Assembly (NCBI GenBank): GCA_951406725.2
Contig: OX597816.1
Span: forward strand, 108,314,001-108,378,000
Reading direction: 5' to 3'
Source: Octopus vulgaris
Lineage: Eukaryota
Length of the DNA: 64,000 bases
Positions 1 to 14,676 of this stretch are shown one piece after another. The notes beneath the pieces are model-generated. The model was not told where the DNA came from. It made no database searches and saw nothing but the letters and a program-made list of their open reading frames with translations. The position numbers and the translations under genes were made by a program. The stretch's first letter is position 1. The number at the start of each line of letters is the position of its first letter.

Positions 1-1155
1 AACCTCGGCAGAATTAGAACTCAGAACACGAAGAGGGACAAAATACCGCTAAGCATTTCCCCTGGGGTGCTAACGATTCTGTCAACTTGCCGCCTTAATC
101 AATTCAATACTAATATCATTAATGTCAGAATCACCAACTGGAGTACAGTCTGTCCTAAATACTAGAGATTTCTCAAGATAAGATTTAATTATAGGCGCAC
201 AGAACACTTTTATATCGAAGTGCATGAATTTATAACGATTTTTTTATTATCTATATTATTGCACTACTTGAGAAATGATAGGTTATTATTCCTTAATGGA
301 AGAGAAGTGACCCGTTTAAAATTTTAAATGATGGGATGTAAAATATATTTACTGAAACTATTAGTTTCTCTTCTCCGAGATTTATTAAAATACGTTTGGG
401 GTTACCTACAAAATTATCCTTTTACCTTGAAAAGTAATGTGTGGCACTCATAACGCTAAAGTTAATACTCTATAGTTTATTTTTAGGCTAATAACAATTT
501 TTTTTTTTTCCTAAATTAATAGCTTGTTTAGTGCTAACATTGTTTTTATTGACACTGTCGATATTATTGGAAAGGTATGTGTAGTTATGTGCCGTTCTCA
601 GCTTAGTTAAAATGTTTGTTTTTATCGGGAGAGCCAGGAGTGTATTTGGGGAATTTTTGCAATTTTGTCAAATCTTTTGCATCATTTATATTGAAATTTA
701 GATTAGTTTTTAAACTTACGCTTTACATTTTATTGTATAGGTTACATTGAAAGGGTGGTTAAAGAAAGAGTATGCTGGAAGAATTTTGGATAATTTTAAG
801 CTAAAGAGATGAATAATTCCGTCTTAAATGCTTTCATCCTAAGTCAGCTACATCAGAACTACGTTTTGCTAAATAACTCGAGAGAATGCCCTCTGCATTG
901 TTCAGCAGTAAAAATCTCCCTTGAATTACGCTATACCATCTTGAAAAGTGTGGGAAGTGTGGTTAATGTGAAACTAAATACGCAATGCTTGAATAAAGAA
1001 TGCAAAGCCAGGGTTTGTTCATCCGTGTCATACAAATGTTTAAAGCAGAACAATAGAAGCAAATATTAGAGATTGATAAGAGCAAAGCTTGTCGTCATTG
1101 GCCAGCTCGTGAAATAAGTTCAGTTCAGATAAGTAAATAAACAGACAGATGTATG

Positions 1156-1254
<99 letters not shown>

Positions 1255-1633
1255 ATATATACATATATACATATACAAACAAATCTCTTGTAGCGCAAAA
1301 TGTAAACCTAAACATTATGACCATTTATGTGGAAAACACAATTTGTTGAATACACGTAGCATTTTGGATATTCGTATTCTACAAATTCTGATCAAAAATC
1401 CTAGAGTTATGTTTCTTCTTCGTGCATCAACAACGATATAATATATTCTGGCCAATGACATGACGTCTGATAAGAGTTACATAGATACTGTCAATCAACA
1501 GAAGCCATAACATTTTCAAAAGCTTTTGGATTCTGTCCAAGCAAGTTTGCTTCTAATAAATCATTTACTTCAACTCCTGTGCCATATAATACAACATGCT
1601 TGCTTGTAAATGTTTTTGCGTATGCATATATAT

Positions 1634-1687
<54 letters not shown>

Positions 1688-1703
1688 TTGTATAAATATA
1701 ATA

Positions 1704-1754
<51 letters not shown>

Positions 1755-1768
1755 AAATATAATATGCA

Positions 1769-1812
<44 letters not shown>

Positions 1813-1849
1813 TGTATATAGATATATATACATATTTAATATTTATAAA

Positions 1850-2365
1850 GGCGACTATAGACGTCACCAGAAGAGCCGACACCATCACGGTGTCCTTGCT
1901 AGCCTGGGGCTAAATGCATCAGTAACACCCCCACCACCCCGCCCTGTCCCTAGCCACATTCAGATGGCTGGTCCCGCTTATATTACAGAGCAGTTACTGT
2001 TTATACCTCGCTTAGAGATTTATTATTGTTATCGAACAGATTTTCGACGCCAGTGACTGTGTTTACTGTGAAGAATCTATATATTTCTAGCCTGTAGAGG
2101 AAGTCCCTCAACGAAGAAGGTGCTTGCCATGCGCTGACGAGAGGCGACCACCTCGAAACCGGTCCGTGTGTAGCATCCGTATCTTCGGGGAGGCTGATCT
2201 CCCTTTACAGGTAGCAAGGACACCGTGATGGTGTCGGCTCTTCTGGTGACGTCTATAGTCGCCGCTAAATCTTAACACCCCCACCACCCCGCCCTGTCCC
2301 TAGCCACATTCAGATGGCTGGCTTATATTGTTACTGTTTATACCTCGCTTAGAGATTTATTATTG

Positions 2366-2368
<3 letters not shown>
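1850..2368 (+). mobile_element. Non-coding PLE pLTR / retrozyme-like insert
   Basis: 52-bp perfect inverted repeat (1850-1901 / 2212-2263); direct repeat with 350-bp period (1923.. / 2273..); internal HHR; (TA)n on both sides. Confidence 0.8.
2119..2177 (+). ncRNA. Type I hammerhead ribozyme (canonical core)
   Basis: CUGACGA-GAGG(cgacca)CCUC-GAAAC-CG-GUC; stem I caugcg/cgugug extended by ggugcu/agcauc; palindromic stem III ACCGGU; predicted cut after C2164. Confidence 0.88.
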
Positions 2369-2396
<28 letters not shown>

Positions 2397-2398
<2 letters not shown>

Positions 2399-2530
2399 AC
2401 GGGCTTCTTTCAGTTCCTGTCTGTCAAATCCACTCACGGGGTTCTTGCCGGAGGTGTCACGCAGTGGTACTGATCCGGAATTATGTGGTTGGGCAGCAAT
2501 CTTGTTATCACACAGCCACGCCTGTGCCTA
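2397..2530 (-). mobile_element. Same SINE family, 5' half
   Basis: gacgggcttctttcagtt...cacacagccacgcctgtgcc. Confidence 0.75.
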
Positions 2531-4072
2531 TGTTTAGATCTAGGAATAAAACACCCGATAATAATAGAAAGTAAATATCGATTGAAATGCAAAGTTAAAT
2601 ATTAAACGTGTCTATAGCTAAAGATGAAGTTAATAACCCCAAAATTTATAATCGCATTAACAACAATTCATCTCTCAGGCATTGAGACATTTTAGAGTAT
2701 ACTACATGAGAAATTATTGACTTCATAGTCCGTCACGAAAGTTCACATGATATATCATTATATCCTTCGTCATTTTCCTGTTTAATTCTTTTTCTTATGC
2801 AATTTTAACTACTCAGATTTTGGTAGGGAATTCAAATAAACCCTAAGATAGTGTACTTATGTGGCACATAAATGATTGGATTCTAGTTTGATCTTTTCAC
2901 AACCCTTTTTCTTTATGCTTGTAGGTCTGTGCATTTCTCTATCACTATATTTCTTTAAACGCTGATAGGTGTATATAAACACTGATATACACATACGCAG
3001 ACTCGATGAAGCAAGCACACACACGCACGTGTACAGAAACACACTTTTACACGTACATATATGCATGCATACAAACATTTAGACTATATCTGTAGACATT
3101 AGATATAAATATAGATAGAATGTAAATAGAAAGTGAAAAAGAAAAAAAGTCGTATGGAAAAAACCTTAACTATTTACAGACACAGCCATACATATAAACA
3201 CACACACACATGCATAACACACGCGAGCATACATAAAATAACACACATATCGGTGTGCAGGGAATGATAGAAAGAGCGAGTGAACAAGTGAGAGAGAGAG
3301 AGAGAGAGAGTAGAGAGAGAGAGAGAAGAAAAGAGAGAAAGAGAAAGAGTGAGAGAGAAAGAAAGAAAAGCTATGCTAACTGATATATTCAGGTAAATCA
3401 ATGAAAACGAAAAGAAAGTTAAACTGATATCTCAATAGATAAATAGATAAGTAGATAGATAGGAAGAATTTTCAGATATATAGATCACGATATATAAATT
3501 ACATTAACATATCTCATTAATCAGACTATTTAATTTATTGAATGAATTATTAAAACGCGTGTGTATGTGTCTGTTTTTCTCTTTTTAATGTATTGAGTTA
3601 ATTTTAACCGGCCACCTATTCGATAGCGTGGCTATGAAGGAAAGTGTCATGTTTTGTTTGTCTTCCTTAAAATCATAAAAAGATCTTTCAGATATACTGT
3701 CTTCTTAGATGTACTGTGTCTGAATAAATGATTGAGATATGCACGGCTGGAATATATTTGATTATACGTATGCTATATCAAAACATGGCTCGGGCTAAAT
3801 AATAATTTGGATTGTTATTTGTGCATAAACCAAAATCCCATGGTATATAGGATTGTCTTAAGAATGTAAAAGCAAAATTAATGTTACTGTCTTGGAACAA
3901 TCGAACATACTGTATTTTTGAGAGGAGGACATAGCTTTTGGTTTATGATCACTAGTATCTTTACTACTTAGGAGCAATTACCGGAGATCTACATGTTATA
4001 AGTATTCAAGCATAATTCATTCCCTACTTGCTTACGTCTGTTTCACAGAGATATTGTCACACACACATACAC

Positions 4073-4110
<38 letters not shown>

Positions 4111-4151
4111 GTGTGTACATACACATACTGAAATCTGTATCTATCTATCTG

Positions 4152-4194
<43 letters not shown>

Positions 4195-4197
<3 letters not shown>

Positions 4198-4557
4198 TTC
4201 AGTAAAAATTTAGATTCAGTTGAATATGGTACTTAAGTTAAAGGCATTGGAATTTGATATGGTATTATCCATATAAATCAAAACGGGGTGATTATAATCA
4301 AAATAAGCACCAAGGATATCCAATGGTAGTGCAGTACAATCGTTTCATGAGACTTCATTTATTTAAACATCAGTTTTAAAATGTAGAGCAATCTTCAGCT
4401 GCATATTGAATTTTTTAGTTAAATTGAAAATATTCATTTTTATACTTATTCCATTTATCAATTTAAAACTGATGTAATACTTGCATTGTTTATTTAAATG
4501 AAGTCGCTTGAAACGATTGTACTGCACTACCTTTGGATATCCTTGTTGCTTATTTTG

Positions 4558-4561
<4 letters not shown>
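4195..4561 (-). mobile_element. PLE pLTR remnant with inverted arm
   Basis: imperfect inverted repeat ~4298-4380 / ~4461-4560; HHR on - strand; (TA)n on both sides. Confidence 0.7.
4330..4403 (-). ncRNA. Type I HHR with elongated stem II
   Basis: reverse complement: ugcag-CUGAAGA-(~45 nt irregular hairpin)-GAAAC-GAUU-GUA-cugca; perfect 5-bp stem I. Confidence 0.7.
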
Positions 4562-4598
<37 letters not shown>

Positions 4599-6879
4599 GG
4601 ATGTGTACATATGTGTGTCTGTGTTATTTATGGGGAACTGCCACATGAAGCTCACCTTTTTAAGAGAAGCTATAAAGATCTTTGGCACTCCACTCATCTC
4701 TTGACAAACTTACAAAAAAAACGAAAACAAGAGAAAAGGTTTACATCAATGAAATATCATATCTTCCCTTTCTATTTGAGAACGTTGCACATCTAGTGCG
4801 ATTGAGAAGGCCTCTTTTAAGTCGCTCGGGCTGCGAGAAATAGCAACCAGGTGGACATAAATAAAACTTTAAAAAGGGGAAGAGCACATTAAATAACATG
4901 ATCTTATACATACTTTACCCGAAAGAAAAGACAAGATGTTTGCGGCTGAAATATCATTCATCATATGTTTTCTCGATTCGAGCAAAACTGTGACAAAGCA
5001 AGAACACCGGCAGCAGCAACAACAGCCATAAACTAACACACCTCACACAATTTTTTCTTTGCACTATTGATTCTTGACGATAAAATGCAAAAACATTTTT
5101 TCAAATTCTAGTGAATAAAATCGATTATCTTAAGGAAGTTTCATTAACAACAATGACGGGCCTATGATACTGGATCAAACTTGTAGAATTTTACCATATC
5201 ATTATTTTCTCTTTTATTGCCTCTCCTTATATTTTCTTTCTTTCTGATTTTTTTTCTTTTTCCCTCCACAGTACGTGATTTATGATGAAAAAATCACATT
5301 CTGTTAACGATGCATCTTCCACTCCTCTTTGTGTTCTCATCAGAATATTACGAGGGAGAAAATAAAAAGAAGGAAAATATCACAACTACAGAATTAACTG
5401 CTAAAATTGTAATGTGAATGATTACAGGAACGACTTATAGAAGTTACTCTAAGTAGATGAAATGGCAGGAGCACTGTAGTCTAATTAGTAACACGGTCAC
5501 CGACATAAGATAAAGTAATTAATAGTCTTGTCACTGGGTAAGCTGCACTTGGCAATTCTATAGTATTATTATAAAAGTAGCACAAACAGTGTTTGCGATG
5601 TCCCGTATACTAGACACTAGATGGAGGTTATCATATACATAGGAAAAGAGAAAGGCAGAATTGATAGCGCTAACAAGAAAATCATTTATATTTATCGTTT
5701 GTATCTTCATATTCTGAGTTCAAATCTGTCCAAATCGCTTTTGTTTTTTATGCTTCCGATCAGAGGTAGACAAAATAAGTAATAAACTTTAAGGTCAATA
5801 TAATCAACTATATCCTTAAAAGGTGTGATCTAACAAGGTCACGATCTAAAAAGGTCACGGACTTAAATCAGTAGAATAATAAAGGCAGGTGAAGGATTAT
5901 GCAACGTGAGTTAGCGATAAGAACATGCGATTAACTGTAAAGAAGCATCTTATTGATCATTTCATTGAAAACTGGCATTGCGAGCAATTCTGTGCGTAAT
6001 ATCAATGGAAGTATAACCTACAGAAAACACACACGCACACGCACAAGCACACGCAAAACATACATATGTAGATAGGTGTGTGTGTGTGTTTATGCATTGA
6101 AAAACAGCCAATGAATTCAGTGTTGTGTTTCTGAATTTTATGTAGTAGAATACGAGAAATGTGGTTCCTATACTTCAGACAATATTACAAAATAGAGAAA
6201 GAAAGATTGGGTGGAGGCGGGAGCGAGATGTTAAATCTCAACAAATATAAACTCTAAATCATGTATTGAGTGCTCTTCTATTTCTACACTTAAACGTGTG
6301 TGCATAGAGATATGTATGTGATGTGTGTGTGTATATGCGTATATACATACGTCTGTCTGTGTGTATGTCTGTATATGCATACGTGTGTGTGTGTGATCTG
6401 TATATGTGTATTCGTGTTTTTGCGCGTATACGCATTTGCGAGCGCGCAAATAAAATGAAGGCACTTACCTAAACATACATATACACACATACGAATGCAT
6501 AACTGAAATCTGTCATCAAAAGGAATATCTTTTAATGCAAATGAGCGCATGGGGAAATAGGTAAAATGTGCCTTGTAACAAAGATAAAAACTGACGCGAA
6601 AAAAAATCAAGATAATGATGATTACTTGAAAATCTTATGTCAAAGGATCGAAAATGTACTCTGATATACTTTCAAGTTAATAACCAAATACATCCACGTA
6701 TTCTTTAGAGTCTCTTTTCGCAATTTTATCTTTCATGTGCAACCGGATTTTTATTTTTTTTATTTTTAAATATTACATATTCTTTTCCATTCAAATAAAA
6801 ATGAAAGAACAAGGAAAAAAGGGAACTATGTACTAATGCATGAAGTGGGAAAACTATATCCTTTGCTGGTGTTGTTGTT

Positions 6880-6892
6880 GTTATTATTATTA

Positions 6893-6965
<73 letters not shown>

Positions 6966-6981
6966 CATCATTATTATTATT
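6880..6981. repeat. (TTA)n microsatellite
   Basis: direct reading. Confidence 0.98.
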
Positions 6982-7070
6982 TGCTTTCAGTTCAAATGTG
7001 AATATCTTATCTATATGTGTATATAAATACACACACAGATACATACGCACACACACACACATATACATAC

Positions 7071-7102
<32 letters not shown>

Positions 7103-10100
7103 CTCTCTCTCTCTCTCTCTCTCTCTTCTAAATCATTTTATCTTTCTTTTAAGCCTTAACCACACACACAGTGGCATGTGTGTGTGTGTGTGTGTTTTAT
7201 ATGGACCATACTCACTGTGCTTTTACATCAGGGAGCTATCGCAACACAATATATCACACATCACAAGAATACTTCCATACTCTATAAAATTCCTCACAAA
7301 AATAGAAGATTAATCAAGGAAGCCACATTCGTATCGTAACACAATGCCAAAATAAACACGCAAATATCACATGCATCAAAAATAATTAATACATGGCTAC
7401 TAATATAAAACACTAACAGTCAACGATTTAGACGATAAACACAACATCAATTTTATTGCGACAAAACAAATTAACAGGTGACAGCTAATGTAGAAGCCTA
7501 ACAGTCAAAAACCCTTTGGCGTTAATCGATACAAAACTTTCACTATTATATAAGAAGCAAAGCAGAAACCAAATTTCTGTCATATTCTAAAAATTTGACT
7601 GCGGCGGTCTTGTAACGTTAAATGTTTCAAACTGCAAGAAACCGATACGAAAATAAGAAAAATCTATAATAAAGAAAGAACTAGAACATATTCGTGTTTT
7701 TAACGCAGTACATATATATAGCCATCTTTCTCTGGGTATGTGTATATGTGTATGCATATATATGTGTGTGCGTGTGTGTGCGTGCGTGTGTGTGTATCGA
7801 AAAGGCTCCAATGATATGGTTTTCAGTCTCAGATGCACAAAAAGATAGATGTCAATAACAGAACACATTGCTGACCTGGGGAAGGCGTGTGACACCATAT
7901 GCCTTGTCATTACGATTATGTGTGTACCGTATAGTTCAATAAACTAAGTGCGATACTAGACTGCGTCGCAAAGAGATTCATTTTACTGAAACAGATTGAC
8001 AATAGTCGCTTCCATACGAACACTGAGGTAAAACAACAATGTATATGTGTTGTAATTCATACTTCGTTGCTGCGTTGATGTTAGCACTTTTCTGCCACTT
8101 CTATTTCTCATATTGTTGCTTTTTATCATTTCTACCCATTTTGTAGTTCGGTTATTTTTCAATTTTTTTATTTTGTTTAGAAAGCACATTCATTTTGTAA
8201 TTATGTTGTTTTACTATGGTGCATCAAAGTCATCAAAGTCCAATCGAAGTTGGATGTAGAGGAATCATTGGACACAACGTGAGGCGATTGTCGTTGTTAC
8301 TAGGCCTAGCTCATCGTAAAGCAAATACTATCATGAGTAATATCCAGACTGCAGGAGATAAAGTAAGCCACTGGAGTTGATTTAAAAGAGACGATGAGCA
8401 ATAGCTAGAAGAATATTGAGCAAAATCTAGTAACCAGTTGATCTAAGAAGCGGGATCCCAAACAACGCACATTCTCACCTGATGATCTCATAAACTATGC
8501 CCAGCTTTCAACTAGTAACACTTGTATCTGCAAATTGTTTGCAAAGAATCTGTATATCAGCTTTGTACTAATCAGACTTGAAGTGATAAAATCGACTGTC
8601 TTATACACGCACTCACTCACACACAAACCATTTTATTTAATGTAATGTAATGTGACACGTATGTGGATCGTCAGATGCGGTAGAGTGGCAGATAGAAGTC
8701 CTTAGCAATCTTTACTTACATTATTTTACGTTCTGAGTGCAAACTTAAACGTTTTCCTTTCTTCCTAGATCAATGAAATAATCTTCATACTAGGGGTGAT
8801 ATAATCGAAATTTTGAATTTGAGCATCCATAAAAGGCGAACAAATTTTACAAAATACTTTGAAGGACATTTTATTAATTATCAGGGCAAAATATTTTATA
8901 ATTTCATCGTAACGCAAGTATATCTATATATGGTCGTAATAAAATTATATACACGTATAAATACCTATATGTGTGTGTAACTAATATAAACACTCTTTCG
9001 GAGCTGGCAGAATCGTTACCACACCGGATAAAGTGATTAGAAACATTTCTTCCGTTTTTAAAACTTTTTTACGTTCTGATTTCAATTCCGCTGTAGTCAA
9101 CTTTACCATTCATCTTTTAGAAGTCGATAAAATAAGTACCAGTTTACTACTGAGTGTTCGATGCAATTGGCTGCCCCCGCCTGCAAAATAAGCGGCCGAG
9201 TACGTAGGAAGATTATCTTCTAATTTCAGTAGGTTTTTGGGATAAAATGTTGTTATCGTTCATTTTACAAAACATCTTGATTCACGGCCTATGATTGCTT
9301 CTACCATTCCCATGATATAATAGGTTGTTCAGGTGAAATTTCATTTTTGGACACTTCGGGAATTTATTAGAAAAAGAAATTCCTTTATTGTATGCTCTTG
9401 TTCATTTCTTCGCGTTGGTTTCAGAATTATATAGTTCTATTCCTTAAAGGAACTTGATGGAACTGTTTCTTTTCTAATAACACTATTAACTCGGGTTGAA
9501 AAATTAATCGCAAAGTTTGAGAAAAAACTACGAACATACAAATTGTAATGAATATCATCGAGCTGAATCGTCAAAAAGACAGAACGGTAGAGAGATGGAA
9601 GAAATGTAGCACAGCTTTTTAATGGCATCGTTGTTGTTTGATCAAAACACAACGCTGAGAGAGCAAACCTGTGACCAAAAGGCCTTATAGCCATAACCAT
9701 TTCGCCCTCAAAAGTGTGTAAAGCACTGCATTGTCTAATGTGACAGTCATTTTCCAAGACGGTATCGTTTAATCTGAGTGAGATGTAACCCTTATTTCGG
9801 CTGAACAACCTCATCGAGATGCCTTTGCGGTGTTCCTTTTTTATTTTGTTTTATTATTTTTTTTTCATTGTAATCATTTAACATCCGTTTTCCATGCTGG
9901 CATTAATTCAATATATATTCATTTTTAGTTTCTGAATGCAAATTTCTTTGAGATACTAATATGCCCTTTATATTCTTTTTAGTATTTTAGTAGTTTCACC
10001 TATTTCATCTAAACCATGCTGGAACACTCACTTCTAACTGCGACGACCTATATCGATTATATTGACCTCAGTATGTTGTCAAGTACTTATTTTATTGTCA

Positions 10101-11249
10101 ATCAAAGAGGAAAATGGGAAGTTGTAAGTGCGAAATTTGAACTCCCAACTTAAAAGAGACGTAACAATACACCACAAAGTATTTTCTCTGACGCTCTACA
10201 TAGTCTTCTAAGTTGCCGCCATATTTCTAAAGTTAGATAAATCCCAGTAACGTAAAATAGATCTGAATTTCCAATCTAAAAACATCTCTCGCCATCTGAT
10301 CACAAGAAATATATAATATAATGCACCAGCTGCACCTAGCCAATACTTCCGGGAAACCAATTTTGTTATATTATGTTGTCCTTGTCGGACATCCGCTTAT
10401 TTTGGCGTTTATATATTACATTGCTTTCATTTATTCTTCTTTTATTTCCCTTTGTGTCCATAGTTTTATGTGTTTCTAGCAATAGCTGTTAATTTTCATC
10501 TGTATAAATCTATTCTGCTTCACATTATATCAGAAATTTTGTTTCTACATCTATTTCTTTGTTTCCTAACAGCTCCAAGAAAGACAGTAATTTTGGTCTT
10601 ATTTGTGTGTGTACCTGCCACAATTTGTGCTATAACTTAAAATGTCAATTTTAAAAATTTATTTTCTGTCTTTCACTTAACGATCATTGATTTAGTAGTA
10701 TATTAGAAAGAAATAACAGAGAGTTCAATCCTGTATTTTTCATATTTCACATTCTTTCCTTTTAAAATGTTACATATTTTTGCAAAAAAAGTAATATGTC
10801 GCACTTATAAATATGTTTTCTTTAACTAGTCTCTAGCTACGATTCTTGAAATGTTTTGCACAACAAACTGCATCCTGACAACCTCCCTCCTCGAATGCGA
10901 ACGACGTTTTCTATTAAAATGCATAAATGAAGATCTGAGCGAATGATGAAACATATTACAATATACACGTTTACATATTTTCATATATGTACACTTATGT
11001 AAATGCCACACTAATTATTGACTGACACTTAATATAGCGATCTCTGCTTGTTTAAACACATAAACATAAATATTGGGCATGAAGGCCTCAACATATACAA
11101 AAATACTTATTTCCTGATCGTTGTAATTACAGACAAAAGTGCACGCCCAAAAGCACACACAAAATATATACATACATTTATTTGTGTCTTTATGTGAGTG
11201 TGTATGTATCACTGTGTAAATATAGAAAGATACACACAGACAGACAAAG

Positions 11250-11250
<1 letters not shown>

Positions 11251-11306
<56 letters not shown>

Positions 11307-11348
11307 TAGAGGTAGGTAGGTAGGTAGGTAGGTAGGTAGGTAGGTAGG

Positions 11349-11413
<65 letters not shown>
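11251..11413. repeat. (GATA)n/(GGTA)n compound microsatellite
   Basis: direct reading; similar (GATA)n arrays near 31573, 49288 and 62587. Confidence 0.98.
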
Positions 11414-11414
<1 letters not shown>

Positions 11415-12983
11415 TGTTTCTTTATTAGCCACACAGGGCTGCACACAGATAGAACAAATTACAAGGTAGAGCTTTTCTTTTGAAGGTTTTAAAAAAAAAA
11501 AAAAAAAAAAAGGAAGGGGGAGTTTCGATCAAAAGGGATCGTAAAAGGAGAGAAAGAGGACAAAAAAAAAGGGGGTTAAAAAAAAGGGGGAGAGGAAAAA
11601 AAATTGATCAATAGGGATCGTTATCACAGAAATGTCAATATGAAGTGTAAAGGGGAGGACAGGTGAGGTTTACCCGTGGAAAGAAAAGCCTACGGAAAAG
11701 ACCACGGTAACCTCGGTCAATGATGTCACATTTTATATTTCTTTTTTTTTTTTTTTTTGCAAATAAGCAACTCTCTGTTTTCGATTTCTGGGTTCATAGG
11801 ACTATGCTCAAGGTGGCTTCGTCATTCATACGCGCCATTCTTGCTACATTCACCCATCTTTTTTTAAAACATTCGCTAGACAAAACTTGCCTCTCTACTC
11901 TCACTTTCCTTTTCAAGTGGTACTTGAAGAAGTTGATGAGAGATTGACCAGAGAGGAAAGTGTTTGTCTCCAATCCTTTCAGACGCGTCCACCAGATACA
12001 TTCTTTCGCCATAGCCACAAGGATGATGAAAATAGCTCTTCCTTCCCGTTTGAAGGAAGGAGGCGTGACAATATTGACGATAGACTCAGCTGATAAACCG
12101 ACTCGTCCCACACGTGACAGCAGTTGTTCGACATAAGCCCACAGGTCGGAAATTGTTGGACACTGAACGAGTGCGTGCAGAACGGTTTCGTCGCTCTGAC
12201 CGCATCTCGGGCAGGTCGGCCCCGTGTTTCTCGAGCCGTGTCTGTAGAGCTTATCCCGAACGGGTAGCGCTTCTCGGTAGCACTGCCAGGCCAGGGATCT
12301 CTGGAAGTTGTCCATGGGCCCTGGCCCGAAAGTCGTCCTGAACAGGCGGGTCAGGTACTCCTCGTCGACGTCCAGGTTCGCCCCGAGCTCGTCGTCGTAC
12401 CTCCCCTCCACTAAACCCCTATAGAATGCTTTGGTTGTGTTGAAGTCACTTAAGGTCGACCCAGGACGGCAGAGTTGCTTGAGAGCAACGCGACACTCGC
12501 GGTGCCATTCGCCCTTCCTCGGCCTCTTTTTGATCCACGACTGCAGTTCGGTCATGGAGACGAGCTGCGGGAAAGCGTGCCTCACAAACGGCGACCACAC
12601 CTGTTCACCGTCGTCTACATAGAGCCAGAGATGCCGCAGTCTCAGCGCGTGTCTGCGCATCATCAACCACGGCATGCCCAGCCCTCCTTTTAACGGGTGT
12701 TGACAGCAAATGGATCGCCTGACCATCGGGACGCATCCTTTCCACAAGAAGCGAAAGAGGATGCGTTGTAGTTTGGTGATGGTAGGGTCGGGACAAGGTA
12801 CGACGGTCAGGCGGTAGTAGATGACGGACGCGATGTACGTGTTCGCCACCTCCGCTCGACCTTTTAGGGACAGTTTCCTCTCGGCCCATTGCCGGGCGAG
12901 AGTGACCACCCTACTCGTTATCTCGTTCCAGTTCTTCTCCACTTGGAGGTCCGGACCAAACCAGACCCCGAGCAACTCAACCG
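11414..12983 (-). mobile_element. 5'-truncated L1/Tx1-clade LINE (ORF2 C-terminus + 3'UTR) within (GATA)n
   Basis: open ORF 11794-12975 with LGVWF, WxxRxLSLKGR, CPRC...ETVLHALVQC (zf-RVT); GC-rich relative to flanks; AATAAA at 11421-11426(-); (TATC)n at both junctions. Confidence 0.9.
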
Positions 12984-13690
12984 GATAGATAGATAGATGG
13001 ATGGATAGATTGACCTAGGTATATTGTGTATATTTCTTAGTTATAGTGCTATCCGGATGCAGAAAAATACTGGAAACACTGAATACGAGACTTGACAGAA
13101 ATGCAAGAGGTTGTTTTACTGAACAAGTTAGAAAGATTAAAATATATTTAGCTGTTCTTAAATGGAATTCGGTGAGAATATCGCGAAAATGGAAAAGTCG
13201 CTTCGAAGAGCAAGACAAACATAAGGAAACCGTTCAGAATGCAACATGATAATAGGTTGAAAATATTGAAAGCACTGATAGCATAATGATCTAGTACAAA
13301 ACCTTGGAAGATCAGTTTTCGAAATTCGAGTTCTGATAAAATCAGAAATTTCCCTCTATTTTAAGTATTGAGTATACTGTCTGATTTGTTTTGTTTTGTT
13401 TTTTCTAGCGTTTTTTCATGTTCTAGCGTAGACATACGAATGTGTGTGTGTCTATGCTAAAACGTGTGCTCTGTGTGCGCGCGCACGTGTGCACGTGTTG
13501 CAAATAGTGATATTTCACAGATTTATTATTTTAATTTTTAGTAAAGAATTTTCACTTTCGCTAATTCTATACTTTGTTTCCCAATAATTATTGGAGTTAC
13601 ATACACATGCACACTCACATCCAGACTCACACACACAAACATTCACACATATATGCATGCATTCATATATATACATATATAGATACATAC

Positions 13691-13737
<47 letters not shown>

Positions 13738-14185
13738 AACAGACAATATACCGCTAAATTCACTGTTGGAAAAACAAAAATATATCAATGAAATATGTCA
13801 AATTTCAAATAGATTTATATATATGTCAAACTTTAGACAACTGAAGCGGATTGATATTATAATTACAATGATGGATTAAAAAGTAGTTTTTAAAGTAATC
13901 ACTAAAGTTGAAATATATTCTTCTTGTTGAAAATGCAATATACTTCATTCTAAAGAACATAGTAAGAAAAGAATAGCATAACTATGAACATCTTTTACAA
14001 TGAATAGAACCGACACACAAACAGGATTTTGTCACTTATATCTAGAATAGATAAAATTATGACATTTGATTGCCAGACACGTTCAGGCACCAAATTAAAT
14101 GTAATACAGTAGTTAATATTATCCCTGTACTTTCTGAGTTCAAATCGTACCATACGCAAGTTAATGGAAGAAAAACATCAGCCTT

Positions 14186-14522
14186 CGCTGTGTGGTAAGA
14201 AGCTTGCTTCCCAACCACATCGTTCGGGGTTCAATTCCACTGCGTGGCACCGTGGACGATTACCTTCCGCTATAGCCTCGAGCTGACCAAAGCCTTATTA
14301 GTGGATATGGTATATATATATTCATATATGTGTATTATGTGTATATGCATGATATATGTAGGTAAACAATACCCAAACTCTATAAAGAGTAATATACAAA
14401 TAACTGACAAATATAATGTCAAATATAATAGCAAACTCAATGCCGCAATAAGAACCAGATAAATAGACTAAGGCGGTGCTCCAGCATGGCCGCAGTTGGA
14501 TGATTGGAACAAGTAAAAGAAT
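14186..14522 (+). mobile_element. Same SINE family copy (diverged)
   Basis: head at 14186, tail aaggcggtgctccagcatggccgcag at ~14470. Confidence 0.75.
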
Positions 14523-14676
14523 AACAGAATAGATAGTATCAAGTAAATTTTTCCTATTATATATGTTGACTGAAATAGTGTACATATAACATTTATTCAT
14601 CTTGTTATTCTGTATATCTTGTATTTCTTGAGTGTTCAAAGAAATCGTGACTGATCAATATTATTAGACAGGATTA

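Noticed and set aside
5240-5310. Candidate upstream nAChR exon after a strong polypyrimidine/cag acceptor
   Set aside because: Stops in all frames within ~40 nt and no receptor similarity.
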